Of a DNA stretch of 64,000 bases, positions 9,125 to 19,572 are shown piece by piece. The stretch is taken from IMG/VR virus record IMGVR_UViG_3300020048_000014, positions 1 to 64,000 of that record. One strand, given 5' to 3'. Positions within the stretch are counted from its first letter, which is position 1; every line of letters starts with the position of its first letter. Position numbers and translations under genes: made by a program. Under the pieces are notes generated by a model. It was given only the letters and a program-made list of their open reading frames with translations, searched no databases and was not told where the DNA came from. This DNA is from a virus.

Positions 9125-9580
9125 TCATGCGGTCGCTTGACCAGCCTTTGCCGCTTGGATCATGCTCATGATCGAAGATTCTGATAGATTCAGGGCTTTG
9201 CCATATTTCCGGATTTGAGTTTCGAGGCCCGCAATAGTCGGAACCTTGCTAATAGAATCCGCATAGTCGCGGAGTTTGATCGCTTCCCAAGCGTCCCCAA
9301 TTAGATCCAGAGTCTGAAACTCTGGCATTCCATCGGCGTCATAGATAGGCAAGCTATCCTCCCCGAGGACTTCGACCGTCTTGAATCGACGATCCGAAGC
9401 GACTTGGAAGAGGACTTCCAAGCATTCTTTTTCACTCATGGGAACGGCGGGCGCATTTTTCACCGCAGGCGGCCTGGTGAAATCGAGTCTGAATTCCGCC
9501 AATTGACTTTTTAGTGACTCGCTTACGCCGAAAGTGAATTGCTTTTTGGCGGCGGTGGTGGTAGTGGTAGTGGTAATCAT
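9125..9580 (-). CDS. Hypothetical protein (GC-rich, Thr-rich N-terminus)
   Basis: 151-aa ORF behind an AAACACTA motif. Confidence 0.8.
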   Translation of the reverse strand: MITTTTTTTAAKKQFTFGVSESLKSQLAEFRLDFTRPPAVKNAPAVPMSEKECLEVLFQVASDRRFKTVEVLGEDSLPIYDADGMPEFQTLDLIGDAWEAIKLRDYADSISKVPTIAGLETQIRKYGKALNLSESSIMSMIQAAKAGQATA

Positions 9581-9589
9581 AACGTCTTT

Positions 9590-9910
9590 ATTCTAATTTA
9601 GTGTTTAATCAATCTCGTTTGCTTCTTTCGAGAGCTTCCCGCATCCGTTCTGGCCGGATGAACCATTTTCTGTTCTCATTCTCTCTTAGTGTTTAATCAA
9701 TCCCCCCGCTTGCCGTATTCAGCAGCTAGGGAATCGATCAAATCAGGATCAGCGTCAATGGAGATAATAATCACGTCACCATTCTCTCTTAGTGTTTAAT
9801 CAATCCCCCCGCTTGCTGTAAGCAAGCAGATAGGGAATCAATCAAACGTGATTATCTTCATTTTTCACTGAAGATAATCACGTCACCATTCTCTCTTAGT
9901 GTTTAATCAA
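9590..9910 (-). repeat. Tandem promoter-motif units with short hairpin-containing spacers
   Basis: attctctcttagtgtttaatcaa three times, tagtgtttaatcaa four times; two units also share tccccccgcttgc. Confidence 0.85.
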
Positions 9911-10040
9911 ATTTTTCAGCCATCCATTCAAAAGCTGTTAGGCCAGCTTTCGCCAAGGTATTAAATACCTCCGGAACTGGGTTACTATCTACATAGATAG
10001 CACTAAGAATGATAGCAATAAAGAATAGATAAATCTTCAT
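9903..10040 (-). CDS. Small hydrophobic protein (45 aa, not in ORF track)
   Basis: MKIYLFFIAIILSAIYVDSNPVPEVF...; motif variant upstream. Confidence 0.6.
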   Translation of the reverse strand: MKIYLFFIAIILSAIYVDSNPVPEVFNTLAKAGLTAFEWMAEKFD

Positions 10041-10252
10041 AAAGTGATTCTAAGCTAGTGTTCAATCAATTAAAGTCTATAAATCCAATCATCTTCATCC
10101 AGAAGATAAAATAAATCTTAATTATCTTAATCATTTTTATTTTAAATGTTTTTAATTCAATTAACCATTGACATATTCTTATCTTCATGATAAGATATTT
10201 ATACCTAAGAATAATAGAGAGCAGGAGCAGGCTCACACGGGCGCGGGTAGGG

Positions 10253-10369
10253 ACAGGCTCACACAGGCTCACACAGGCTCACACAGGCTCACACAGGCTC
10301 ACACAGGCCCTCACAGGCCCTCACAGGCCCTCACAGGCCCTCACAGGCCCTCACAGGCCCTCACACAGG
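10253..10369. repeat. 10-bp tandem repeat: ACAGGCTCAC x5 then ACAGGCCCTC x6
   Basis: Read directly from sequence. Confidence 0.95.
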
Positions 10370-10417
10370 GGCATTCTCTATAAGAATTTATAATTTTATA
10401 GTATATAAAGGGAATGC

Positions 10418-10456
10418 CTATTCTCGATTGTATCACCACAAAGCAATCGAGAATAG
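10418..10456. other. Perfect 13-bp inverted repeat
   Basis: ctattctcgattg / caatcgagaatag. Confidence 0.8.
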
Positions 10457-10665
10457 GACTTTTGTTTTACCACCACAGCAAAAAGTTTATAGTATATACA
10501 AAGATATTATATTGATAAAGATATGGTGATGTGACACTTTGTCACACTTTATTATCAATGCCACGCCACTGTAAGTTATCCACCCCAGTGCAAGCTTTCT
10601 GACAAACTTAATTAAAGTTATTAAATCAATTTTTTTGTCAAATCAACTTTTTTATTATATTGAAA

Positions 10666-10905
10666 TTAGAATAGTTTCGGAGTGAAGATCTCTACAATCT
10701 TGTTGTAGAGATTACCATGCATGTACTTAACCTCATCAGTATAGGGAGGAAGAGGGATAGAGATAAAGTCAGGATTGATGATCCAATTTTTGACTTGAGA
10801 CTCAGAGATATTTCCCACGATAATACCTAGAGCTTTTAGCTCATGCTCAGTAAACTCAACAGAAAACTTACGGGTGACAGGCGGGGTTAATTCAGTAATG
10901 TTCAT
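10666..10905 (-). CDS. Hypothetical protein
   Basis: ATG 6 nt after motif -10. Confidence 0.8.
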   Translation of the reverse strand: MNITELTPPVTRKFSVEFTEHELKALGIIVGNISESQVKNWIINPDFISIPLPPYTDEVKYMHGNLYNKIVEIFTPKLF

Positions 10906-10934
10906 ATCAGTATTCTACGGTAGTGTTTTATCAG

Positions 10935-11087
10935 TTAAAGAATCCATGAAGTATATCGACCAAGACGACCTTCGTTGATATACCTAAGATCATGACAACC
11001 TTTATGAGTTCGCATGAATGCATAACATTCATCACGGGTTCCTTGGAACATAACATCTTGATGCACGTTTACAACAGCTAACTTCAT
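10935..11087 (-). CDS. Small protein (50 aa, not in ORF track)
   Basis: MKLAVVNVHQDVMFQGTRDECYAF...; full motif upstream. Confidence 0.7.
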   Translation of the reverse strand: MKLAVVNVHQDVMFQGTRDECYAFMRTHKGCHDLRYINEGRLGRYTSWIL

Positions 11088-11206
11088 ATCAGTATTCTAC
11101 GGTAGTGTTTTATCAAAAATTATGTCGTTTGTCTCTAGGAGAAAACAACTTTATATGCTTGTATATAAGCATATCGTTAAATGTCATCTAACAGAAATAG
11201 TCATGA

Positions 11207-11377
11207 TCATTCCTGATCATTGAGAGTTCTCAACTGCTCTTTAAGATCTTTAAGATCCGATTCAAGCTCATTAGTCTTATCAATACCTAATTGATCGACA
11301 GTATCGCCATAATCATCATACAAAAATTCACTCAAACTGTCAATCTGATCTACTAAGTCGAGATATTCACTGGTCAT
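11207..11377 (-). CDS. Small acidic coiled-coil protein (56 aa)
   Basis: MTSEYLDLVDQIDSLSEFLYDD...; motif upstream. Confidence 0.7.
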   Translation of the reverse strand: MTSEYLDLVDQIDSLSEFLYDDYGDTVDQLGIDKTNELESDLKDLKEQLRTLNDQE

Positions 11378-11513
11378 GGCTTAATTCTACGGTAGTGTTC
11401 TATCAATAAAAGTGTCGTTTGTCCCTAGGAGATAATCGCGCTAGCCCTTATAGAATAAGGGTTTGAAAAAGGCTGATCTAACATACGTATTGTTAGATCA
11501 GCCATTATTCACA

Positions 11514-11693
11514 TTACACTAAGATAATGTTTGAAACTTCAACCTCTTCGATACTTATAAATACACCTCCGACATTCTTACAATGTTCTTTAGCCCGCTC
11601 AAGAGCTTCATCAAATGTCAATTCAAATGATGTTAATTGACGGCGGAAGATCATTGCTTTTTTACTGTATGAGAAGATAAACTTTGTTTCCAT
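11514..11693 (-). CDS. Small protein (59 aa)
   Basis: METKFIFSYSKK...; motif upstream. Confidence 0.7.
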   Translation of the reverse strand: METKFIFSYSKKAMIFRRQLTSFELTFDEALERAKEHCKNVGGVFISIEEVEVSNIILV

Positions 11694-11747
11694 ATCAGTA
11701 TTCTAAGGTAGTGTTTGATCAATAAGAGGAACCCTCGCTGGTCTTTA

Positions 11748-12053
11748 TTATGTGATAGATGCCCACTTGAAAAGTTCTTGATATGTATCAAATTCAAAGA
11801 CATCACTCTTATTTGGGCTACTCAAGATAGTATCGATACAATTTTTCAAAGATGAATATTTAAGAGTACAAGGATTACCGACAGTTGAATCAGTAAAGAA
11901 TTTTGCTTGATAACTATTATATGCTAGCAACGCATCATCACCAACAATTTGTCCTTTCGAATTATCATACAACTTAAATCCATAATATTTATTATTACTG
12001 ACACTATTGATATCAACAACTTTATTCTCAACAACTTTCACTACTTGTTTCAT
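11748..12053 (-). CDS. Hypothetical protein
   Basis: 101-aa ATG ORF. Confidence 0.75.
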   Translation of the reverse strand: MKQVVKVVENKVVDINSVSNNKYYGFKLYDNSKGQIVGDDALLAYNSYQAKFFTDSTVGNPCTLKYSSLKNCIDTILSSPNKSDVFEFDTYQELFKWASIT

Positions 12054-12101
12054 ATTCTTTTGTATTCTTTCATATTCTTACTGGTATTTTTATATTTTTA
12101 T

Positions 12102-12144
12102 AAGGTGTGACATTATGTCGCACTGTGTCATAATGTCACACCTT
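12102..12144. other. Perfect 16-bp inverted repeat, 11-nt spacer
   Basis: aaggtgtgacattatg / cataatgtcacacctt. Confidence 0.8.
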
Positions 12145-12155
12145 AATGTTTACTA

Positions 12156-12332
12156 TTAAAGACTTGCAGTGGAATGAACCACTTGATCCTCACCCTTTTC
12201 ACACAATACAACAGTTACATCATAAGACTTTTTAGCCTTGAATTGTTTTGCTGCTTCTTGTTGTGCTTCATAAGAAGTATTAGCTTTTACTTCGATTGAC
12301 TTACCTTTGTAGAATGCTTTGTAACCGTTCAT
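12156..12332 (-). CDS. Small hypothetical protein (start revised to motif-linked ATG)
   Basis: MNGYKAFYKGKSIEV... Confidence 0.75.
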   Translation of the reverse strand: MNGYKAFYKGKSIEVKANTSYEAQQEAAKQFKAKKSYDVTVVLCEKGEDQVVHSTASL

Positions 12333-12360
12333 GTCAGTATTGTATAGTAGTGTTTTATCA

Positions 12361-12669
12361 TTAAAATCGAAACCCTTTGCATCCGATAGGATTGCCTGCT
12401 CCATCTCTTACTAATTCTCCCGGTGCCAATAGATCCATACGATTTGTATTAGCATCTAATACCATACCGGATACGATATAAAAAGTATCCATATCTTCTT
12501 CAGGGATACCAGTAGTTTCTCCGAATGTTGTCTTATAGATAGGAATATCATCGATTGTCTTAACCAATACTGATTGTGATGATACTCTTGCGACCGTCCC
12601 GGATGGGGGGAATGATCGACCAGATACAACTTCGTTGATAATATGTGGAGTGAGGTTAATGAATTTCAT
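12361..12669 (-). CDS. Conserved phage protein with NLTPH motif (start revised)
   Basis: NLTPH...FPPSGTVARV...YIVS...VRD..G. Confidence 0.75.
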   Translation of the reverse strand: MKFINLTPHIINEVVSGRSFPPSGTVARVSSQSVLVKTIDDIPIYKTTFGETTGIPEEDMDTFYIVSGMVLDANTNRMDLLAPGELVRDGAGNPIGCKGFRF

Positions 12670-13439
12670 ATGGTTATTATAGTTTAGTGTTTTATCTTTA
12701 GTAAGAGTAATCTTTGCTAAGGGTAGTGAGATCACCTTTATTACTAAAGATTGGTCTAGCCCTTGAGGATAAAGACTTCTTGATAAGAACTCCACCTTTC
12801 TTAGGCTTAGAAAATGATGCTGAAATCCAGCTTGATCGTAGAGTCTTTTGAGGTGCTTTGAATGTATTTTCCATATACGTTTATTCTATACTAGTGTTTT
12901 ATGGATGTTTCTTACTATACTCTGATTCGAGTTCTTTAATGAAGATGAGTCGTTCTTTGATATATTCTTCAAACTTATCATAAGATTCATCATCTTTGAA
13001 TAGATGTTTATTCATCAATGCACAACCTTTGAAAGTTTCTTCAGTTGCACCCAGTAGGAAAGGATAGTTCATATAATTATTTTAAGAAGAAATCTTGTTC
13101 TGATCCAGCTAAAGTCATTTCATCAATATGGGTCAGCCCGACGTAAGTATCATTGATATTACATTTAATCAACCATTGATTAAACTTTGGGTAGTGCTTG
13201 ACTTCATAAGCAGTTGATTTCCAATAAACTTCTTTACCAGATAGGACGGCTTTTTTTAATTTCAGTGATTTTCATTTGATATGATTTTCGTGGATTCTTT
13301 TACCTTCGTCCACCATAGTTTTCAAACAATTGAATGAAATATTATAATGTTCTGACATATACGTCAGAGTGATAAAGTCATTGACATACTCCAAATATAA
13401 TTTAGTGAGGAATTCTTGAGTATAATTCATAGTTTTAGT

Positions 13440-13742
13440 TTAGGCGATTTTTTTAAGTGCTTGGATGAATCTTTTTCCTGAATTGCCAGATTTATTCATC
13501 ACAAACAATCCAGACTTTAATGCAGACATTGCACCGATTCCGCCACAATCAGTTCCCCAAATACTTCCACCCTTTAAAGGGACCATTGAAAGTAAGTGAT
13601 AATATTCACCATCACATTTAACCAGTTCAGTCATATCTCCCGGCGTAAATGATTTACTGATGGAAATCACAGTATCGGATTTGATATTGATATTCCATCC
13701 ATATTTTTCACATTCTGCTTTAAATTCTTGAGGCGTGGTCAT
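13440..13742 (-). CDS. Hypothetical protein
   Basis: ATG ORF, motif upstream. Confidence 0.8.
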   Translation of the reverse strand: MTTPQEFKAECEKYGWNINIKSDTVISISKSFTPGDMTELVKCDGEYYHLLSMVPLKGGSIWGTDCGGIGAMSALKSGLFVMNKSGNSGKRFIQALKKIA

Positions 13743-13778
13743 ATCAGTATTCTAAAGTAGTGTTTTATCAATCCGACT

Positions 13779-13807
13779 CAGGGTAGTTTAATGAGATACC
13801 CTAGCTC
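13779..13807. terminator. 29-bp hairpin, duplicated exactly at 14331-14359
   Basis: cagggtagtttaatgagataccctagctc, just past minus-strand gene ends. Confidence 0.55.
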
Positions 13808-13817
13808 TTTTTGATTA

Positions 13818-14105
13818 TTAAGAGTTATCAGCTTTCATAGGAACCAGAAGAGTAATCTCTGATACATCACCATCTTCATCAGTAAGATAGAGATGAGTTC
13901 CATCAAACTTAGGATTACAATCTTCGAAGAAGACTGCCCCGAAAGAATTGAAATCATCTTCCCAGATAAATTCAACAAAGATTTCGTTAATATCATTCTG
14001 AATTTCATCAAAATGAGTGATTGGATAAGTTACCACATTATCAATGATAACTGCGGCACATGAGTAAATAAGATTCTTAGCTTCTTGTAGGGTGATGTCT
14101 TTCAT
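13818..14105 (-). CDS. Hypothetical protein
   Basis: 95-aa ATG ORF. Confidence 0.75.
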   Translation of the reverse strand: MKDITLQEAKNLIYSCAAVIIDNVVTYPITHFDEIQNDINEIFVEFIWEDDFNSFGAVFFEDCNPKFDGTHLYLTDEDGDVSEITLLVPMKADNS

Positions 14106-14133
14106 AACGTCTATATTTTAGATTAGTGTTTGA

Positions 14134-14310
14134 TCACTTATTATGGATCAGTGCTTCAATAGCTGAGAATAGATGGACAATCCATCCGATACACAATACC
14201 CATGCAATCATGGCAATGATGAAGTGGATGAATCCAACTAGGATTCTACCTTGTAAGAGTTGACCAAGGCCGGGAATAAAGAAGCTTAGAAGTGCGACGA
14301 TTAAGTTCAT
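14134..14310 (-). CDS. Small membrane protein (58 aa, FxPGLGQ motif)
   Basis: MNLIVALLSFFIPGLGQLLQGRIL...; not in ORF track. Confidence 0.7.
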   Translation of the reverse strand: MNLIVALLSFFIPGLGQLLQGRILVGFIHFIIAMIAWVLCIGWIVHLFSAIEALIHNK

Positions 14311-14368
14311 AGTATTTTATAGTTTCAAGGCAGGGTAGTTTAATGAGATACCCTAGCTCATGGTTTGA

Positions 14369-15913
14369 TCAATCTTCTTGAACAGTGGAACCCCTACGGG
14401 TTGGAATATCAGTAACTTTAACCATCTTTTTAAGGGCGCGGGTTACCGATACATACAACAAATTTTGTTCCTGTTGTTTTTGATCATCAGTGATTGCATA
14501 CTTACTAGGCACAAGTTGATCATTACCAATGAGATAAGTATTGTCAAACTCCAGCCCCTTCGACTTATGAATCGAAGAAAGAACAACTAGATCAGCATTC
14601 TTAGGATCACCATTATCAGTGAACATTGCTTCGATCAGACTCTTGAGAGATTGAACATCATTCTTACCAAGTGATTGGCAACGTTCGATAAGGATGATCA
14701 TAGTCTCAAGCTTATCTTCCAGCATCTGCATCTTAGCCTTAGAAGCTTTCTCAAACTCTTTATTAAAGAATGCACTGAGCCTTTCAGTGAACTCATTAAG
14801 ATCACTAACTTTCTTCCACTTATTACAGAGAGTGATAAGATTCTGACCAATATCACGACCTTCGATCCGGCAACCTACACCTTTACGAATAAGAGCAAAG
14901 GCAAGTGCAACATTAGGTGCATTATTACGGCAGATAATACCATCCTTAGAAGTAAGATTCATAGTCTCAATTTGATTGAGGAAATCATCATACTTAATGG
15001 ATAGGATTTCACCGTCAGGATTACCCTCAAAAGCTTCGATATGAGGTTGATACTTTTGAGCTTCTTCAACAATCTTCTTACCGCAACGATAACATACAGA
15101 TAGAGGAAGTTCGACACAATCAAACATCTGCTTGATAAGATTCATCGAATCATTCTCAGCACCAGTGAATCCATAGATTGCTTGATTCTCATCACCGATT
15201 GCAATCATACGACCAGTGTCCTTGAGAACTTTAGCAATGAAAAGCTTTCGGGATACATTAGTATCTTGAGCCTCATCAACGATAACCCAATCATATTGGA
15301 CACAATTGGTATCATAAATAAGATTAAGATAAATCATATCTGCGAAATCGATATTACGGAAATCCCGATTGGATTCTTTCAGGACTTGCTTGGCGATATC
15401 GATAACATCATAGAAGTCAACATCAGCATCAAGACTAATATCTTGAGTTTGAATGATTTCCATCCATGCTTCATTATCATCGATGGAACTTTGACCCTTA
15501 ACTCCAATTGCATATTCCTTAGCAAAGCCAACAAGATTTTGAATGAAAGGACGGGCAGCATTCAATTCTTTAGTCTGGCAATACTTTTCAACAATGAAAA
15601 AGATCTTAGAATTGTCAACCTTAACCTTACCCTTCGACTTGATAAGATTCTTCATTCCTTCACTGTGGAAAGTAGCAGCACGGGCATTAGGAAGTCCCAT
15701 GGATGCAAGTTTTCTTTCAAGATGGACTTGAATCTTCTTATTAAAAGAGAAGAAAATAACATCACCAACCATATAAGTTGCGGACTGAAGCGCGGTAGTA
15801 GATTTACCAGATCCGGCGCAAGCTTTTACAATAAGATTCCTTGCAGATACATGGAAGTTTTGTGGATTAAGAACCCAGTCGAAAATGTCAGCTTGATACT
15901 TTGAATATTCCAT
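14369..15913 (-). CDS. UvrD/Rep-like SF1 helicase
   Basis: ACAGSGKST, DEAQD, GDENQAIYGFTGA, SIHKSKGLEFD, YVSVTRA. Confidence 0.92.
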   Translation of the reverse strand: MEYSKYQADIFDWVLNPQNFHVSARNLIVKACAGSGKSTTALQSATYMVGDVIFFSFNKKIQVHLERKLASMGLPNARAATFHSEGMKNLIKSKGKVKVDNSKIFFIVEKYCQTKELNAARPFIQNLVGFAKEYAIGVKGQSSIDDNEAWMEIIQTQDISLDADVDFYDVIDIAKQVLKESNRDFRNIDFADMIYLNLIYDTNCVQYDWVIVDEAQDTNVSRKLFIAKVLKDTGRMIAIGDENQAIYGFTGAENDSMNLIKQMFDCVELPLSVCYRCGKKIVEEAQKYQPHIEAFEGNPDGEILSIKYDDFLNQIETMNLTSKDGIICRNNAPNVALAFALIRKGVGCRIEGRDIGQNLITLCNKWKKVSDLNEFTERLSAFFNKEFEKASKAKMQMLEDKLETMIILIERCQSLGKNDVQSLKSLIEAMFTDNGDPKNADLVVLSSIHKSKGLEFDNTYLIGNDQLVPSKYAITDDQKQQEQNLLYVSVTRALKKMVKVTDIPTRRGSTVQED

Positions 15914-15974
15914 ATTGTTAATTTCTTAGTTTGTTGGTTTGTTTCTCGTTACTCCTATATTCTATAGTAGTGTT

Positions 15975-18673
15975 TTATCGATTGATCTCGGCCCAAACTT
16001 CATCAGAAGTTTTCTTTGCGCCGAAGTAATCATAAAAACTGATACCACCATCTGATTGGAGATCCCTAGCTTCCCAGTAACATCCATTGATAGAAAGTTT
16101 ATAATATCCAGTAGCTGGAATAAACTTACCAAGTTTCTTGAAAAGATTGAATACAATTTGAGGCGACATGCTCTTATTCTATTATAGTGTTTTATCGTCT
16201 TACCTAGTCAGTCTTGATTGTAATACTTTTTAGCATTAACTTTCTTCTTAAATCCTCTCCATCCGCCACCAACACGAACAAAGTATTTATATTTGTAGGG
16301 ATATAATTCTTTAGGATTATCCAACATCATGATACCATTCTCAGTTGAATAATCAAGATCTTGGAAGATGTATTGTTCAATGAATTCACCAGAATCATCA
16401 GGATCAATTTGATAGTCTTTAAACATGTCCTTATTATAGATTAGTGTTTAATCCTTAACTACCCACATATGAACATCAAATCCTTGGTCCTCATACTTCT
16501 TACGTTTTTTATTGGCCCTATAAACATCACCGATGAAATGTTTAGCATGTAAGAAAGGGACATCTTTAACCCAAGACCATACCATGATTTGATATTTACC
16601 AATATGTTTCATAGACTTAACAAGGTTTTCCAGTCTTTGGGTTTTATGTAGTTTTGTGGTCATCATACTTTTATTATAGTATAGAGTTTATTAGATTAGT
16701 TCATCGACCAATCATAATATCCATCAGGAGAACAACGCTCCATGGTTTTTTCATCATCAACTTGCTTGAGTTCCTTTTCAAACTCATAGTCTTCATCGGG
16801 ATAAGTTTCCTTCTGATCCTCATCAAGTTCATATCCATTCATCTTCAACAATTGAATTGCTTCCTTTGGCAGTTCATAGACTCCATCATAATCACTTAGT
16901 TCACTATTACCATTGAACCATAATCCGATCACTGTTTCATCTTCATTAGCAGCTTTCTTACCATAGTTCCAGATGATATAACCAGAATATCCACCCGGAT
17001 GAATAACTAATTCCATACGATTAAAGTGCATACCAAGATAACTACTTTGAGGATTAAGTTCTTGTTTGAATTCGATTACGTTCTTCATACTATTATTATA
17101 GGTTAGTGTTTTATTTTTAAAATTTCAAGTCAAGACTATCAGCAATAATTTTTGAATCAATATTTCCACGACTTTTAAGATCGAGACTAATCGATTCACC
17201 ATAACAAAAAACCTCCCCATCAATAAAATTGATAAATCCAGCACTGACTACATCAGGCCCAAAATCTCCTTCCATAAGTCTTGCAGCATGATCATGTTGA
17301 ACCGTTGAAGGGAAGATCATGAATTGATTATTCTGATCGATGATATATTTTAGTTTTGTCATAATTAGATAGTGTAAAACTTATTATCATCAATGGGATT
17401 ACCATTGAGAAATGCTTGACCTTTACGAGTTGATACATTCACACCCGGAATACCATTAAGTCTTTCACGGGTAGTATTAGTATTCCATCCGCAGAGTGAT
17501 ACTTTAAGGACATCATTGACATGATCTTTCACAGCAATAAGATTACCATGAAGCCACATGCGGTTCATGAATTGATCAGATGATACTTCCATATTATCTG
17601 ATTTGAAATTTTGATTATTTTCAAATGCTTCAACCGTTTGTTTAGTGATCTTTCTCATATCAGTATTATAGTTTAGTGTTTTATCAATGTAAATGGATGA
17701 ACAAATCCAGTAAGTTTAGTAATTGAATTATACAAAGGATTGGGTTTACTTTTACCTATCATTTTCCAACATACTCTATTAAGATAATCAAATCTCCAAT
17801 GTTGGATTCTAATAGAATCACCGAGAGTCCAAGCAGGTGATGTTAATGTTAATGATAGATCATCGTTTTTGACAACGTAAAGTTTATATCCAATCCAGCA
17901 AACTGTTATCCAATCACCGGGAAGTAAATCTTTAGTTGTCATCAAGATTATTATCTCTCATGAATTCCAAGAATTCTGTAAGAACTGGACAAAAATATTC
18001 ATCATCGAAACTACAACAAGCAGTAATTGGAACCTTACACATTTTTTTCATGATGGAATACATTTCCCTCACCCTATCAGTAAGAGGGAGAATTTCTCTC
18101 TCATAACCTTGAAGATGAGCTACTGATTCAGCAACAAAGATTAGTTCTTTAATGTTCATATAAGTTCGTTAATACGTTCTACTAGTTTTCTAACTTCTTC
18201 CTTAGCCCTTTGTTCCTCTCTCACAAAGGTTTTATTAAAATGCTCCGAATAGTATTCAACATCCCCAAATACTTTATAAGCAATCACACAATACCACTCC
18301 AATCCAGTATAAAATGGTCCTGTGATTTTAAGGATACTTCCAGCAGGGATTGTAAGTTCATCGTTTAGATTGATTAGCTTTGACATATCAGTATTATAGT
18401 TTAGTGTTTAATGAATGCTTCAGGCAGGATTTTCTTCAAATCATCATTATATTGGTTATTGATTAGAGTAATATCCGATAACTTTTCAGCATATAGATAT
18501 TGCAATCTATCAATCAAAATCCGAGCAGCATCCCCTTCAACAATCTTGAATGGTTTGAACCATCCTTGATAAGAATTGATATAAACTTTATCGCCTTTAA
18601 ACTCCTCAATCTTTCCCCATAAACAATAGGGATATCGATCATAAGACCAGAATGCGTATAGTTCTTGATTCAT
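15975..18673 (-). other. Run of ten small hypothetical genes (64-130 aa)
   Basis: 15975-16169, 16208-16426, 16448-16666, 16696-17088, 17117-17362, 17365-17658, 17673-17945, 17932-18159, 18156-18386, 18401-18673; abutting or motif-led. Confidence 0.75.
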
Positions 18674-18683
18674 GTTATTAAAT

Positions 18684-18758
18684 TGGTGGGCAGTGAGAGA
18701 ATCGAACTCTCATTGGAGGAGTAGAAATCCTCAGTCCTATCCATTAAACGAACCGCCC
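18684..18758 (-). tRNA. tRNA-Arg(TCT), CCA encoded
   Basis: Full cloverleaf; anticodon arm gagga-tttctac-tcctc. Confidence 0.92.
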
Positions 18759-19125
18759 ATTATAAAATTAATCGATGAAAGTCAATTCATCATCAAATAC
18801 TGGAAATTCCTCACCATTTGATTCACATAACCACATTTGTCCGACTTCTTCTTTATCATATTCTCCTTCATCATATTCACTGATGACATTAACAATACCA
18901 TCATGATGTCTCAATCCATGGATTGTTGATTTGAATGTTGCTTGCATGTATTTATTGTATATTAGTGTTTAATGATTCCATTCTCTTTCAGATATCGAAT
19001 GATAGCATCCTGTTCTGAATGTGTGTAATATCTCTTTAGCTTTCTTCTAGTTTGAATAGTATCCAATCCCCGATAAGTCTCCACAAAAGTCTTGTGGAAT
19101 TTGAAAGACTTTATCTCTATTGTAT

Positions 19126-19407
19126 TCACTGAAGTTTAGGTTTATAGAGCAGACAAGTAGAGTCGCCGTTAATGAACCAATAAGAATCTTTATCAGTATG
19201 GTGTCTAACAAAGACACGATCTTCATAAAGTTTATTGAACATAAACTTAGAGCAGAATGGCTTAGGATTCTCTGGATCTAATGCGGGACCATATATCAGA
19301 TCTTCGATATCTATATCTATATTGATATTGAGTTCTATTTGAGTCTTCGCCACGATAGCATCCGACCAATTTTGCCAAGATAATACTTTAAATGTTATCA
19401 TATCCAT
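19126..19407 (-). CDS. Hypothetical protein (start revised)
   Basis: ATG after a motif variant. Confidence 0.65.
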   Translation of the reverse strand: MDMITFKVLSWQNWSDAIVAKTQIELNINIDIDIEDLIYGPALDPENPKPFCSKFMFNKLYEDRVFVRHHTDKDSYWFINGDSTCLLYKPKLQ

Positions 19408-19572
19408 ATCAAAATTATAGATTAGTTTTTTTATCATCATAAAGTTAGTTACTTCTAAGTTAGAAGCATCCAAGACAGACTGCGTGGAAGTCTTATGATA
19501 TTCTGTCTCTTGGGGCGGCGGGAGTTGAACTATAAATAGTGGACAATTCGAACCTATTCGCTAAATAATATC

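Noticed and set aside
9590-9910. CRISPR array
   Set aside because: The repeat core is the genome-wide promoter motif, spacers are long, uneven and partly duplicated, and no cas genes are present.
10066-10393. ORFs 10168-10383, 10187-10393 and the N-terminal part of 10066-10272
   Set aside because: Open frames produced by the stop-free 10-bp tandem repeat.
10530-10546. CRP-binding site
   Set aside because: TGTGA and TCACA are 7 nt apart rather than 6; kept only as an unexplained palindrome.
14378-15904. Plus-strand ORFs opposite the helicase, and similar antisense ORFs across 16-57 kb
   Set aside because: Shadow frames of well-supported minus-strand genes.
19500-19560. tmRNA gene
   Set aside because: Only a 3'-end-like fragment; no matching 5' end, paired T stem or tag frame found.
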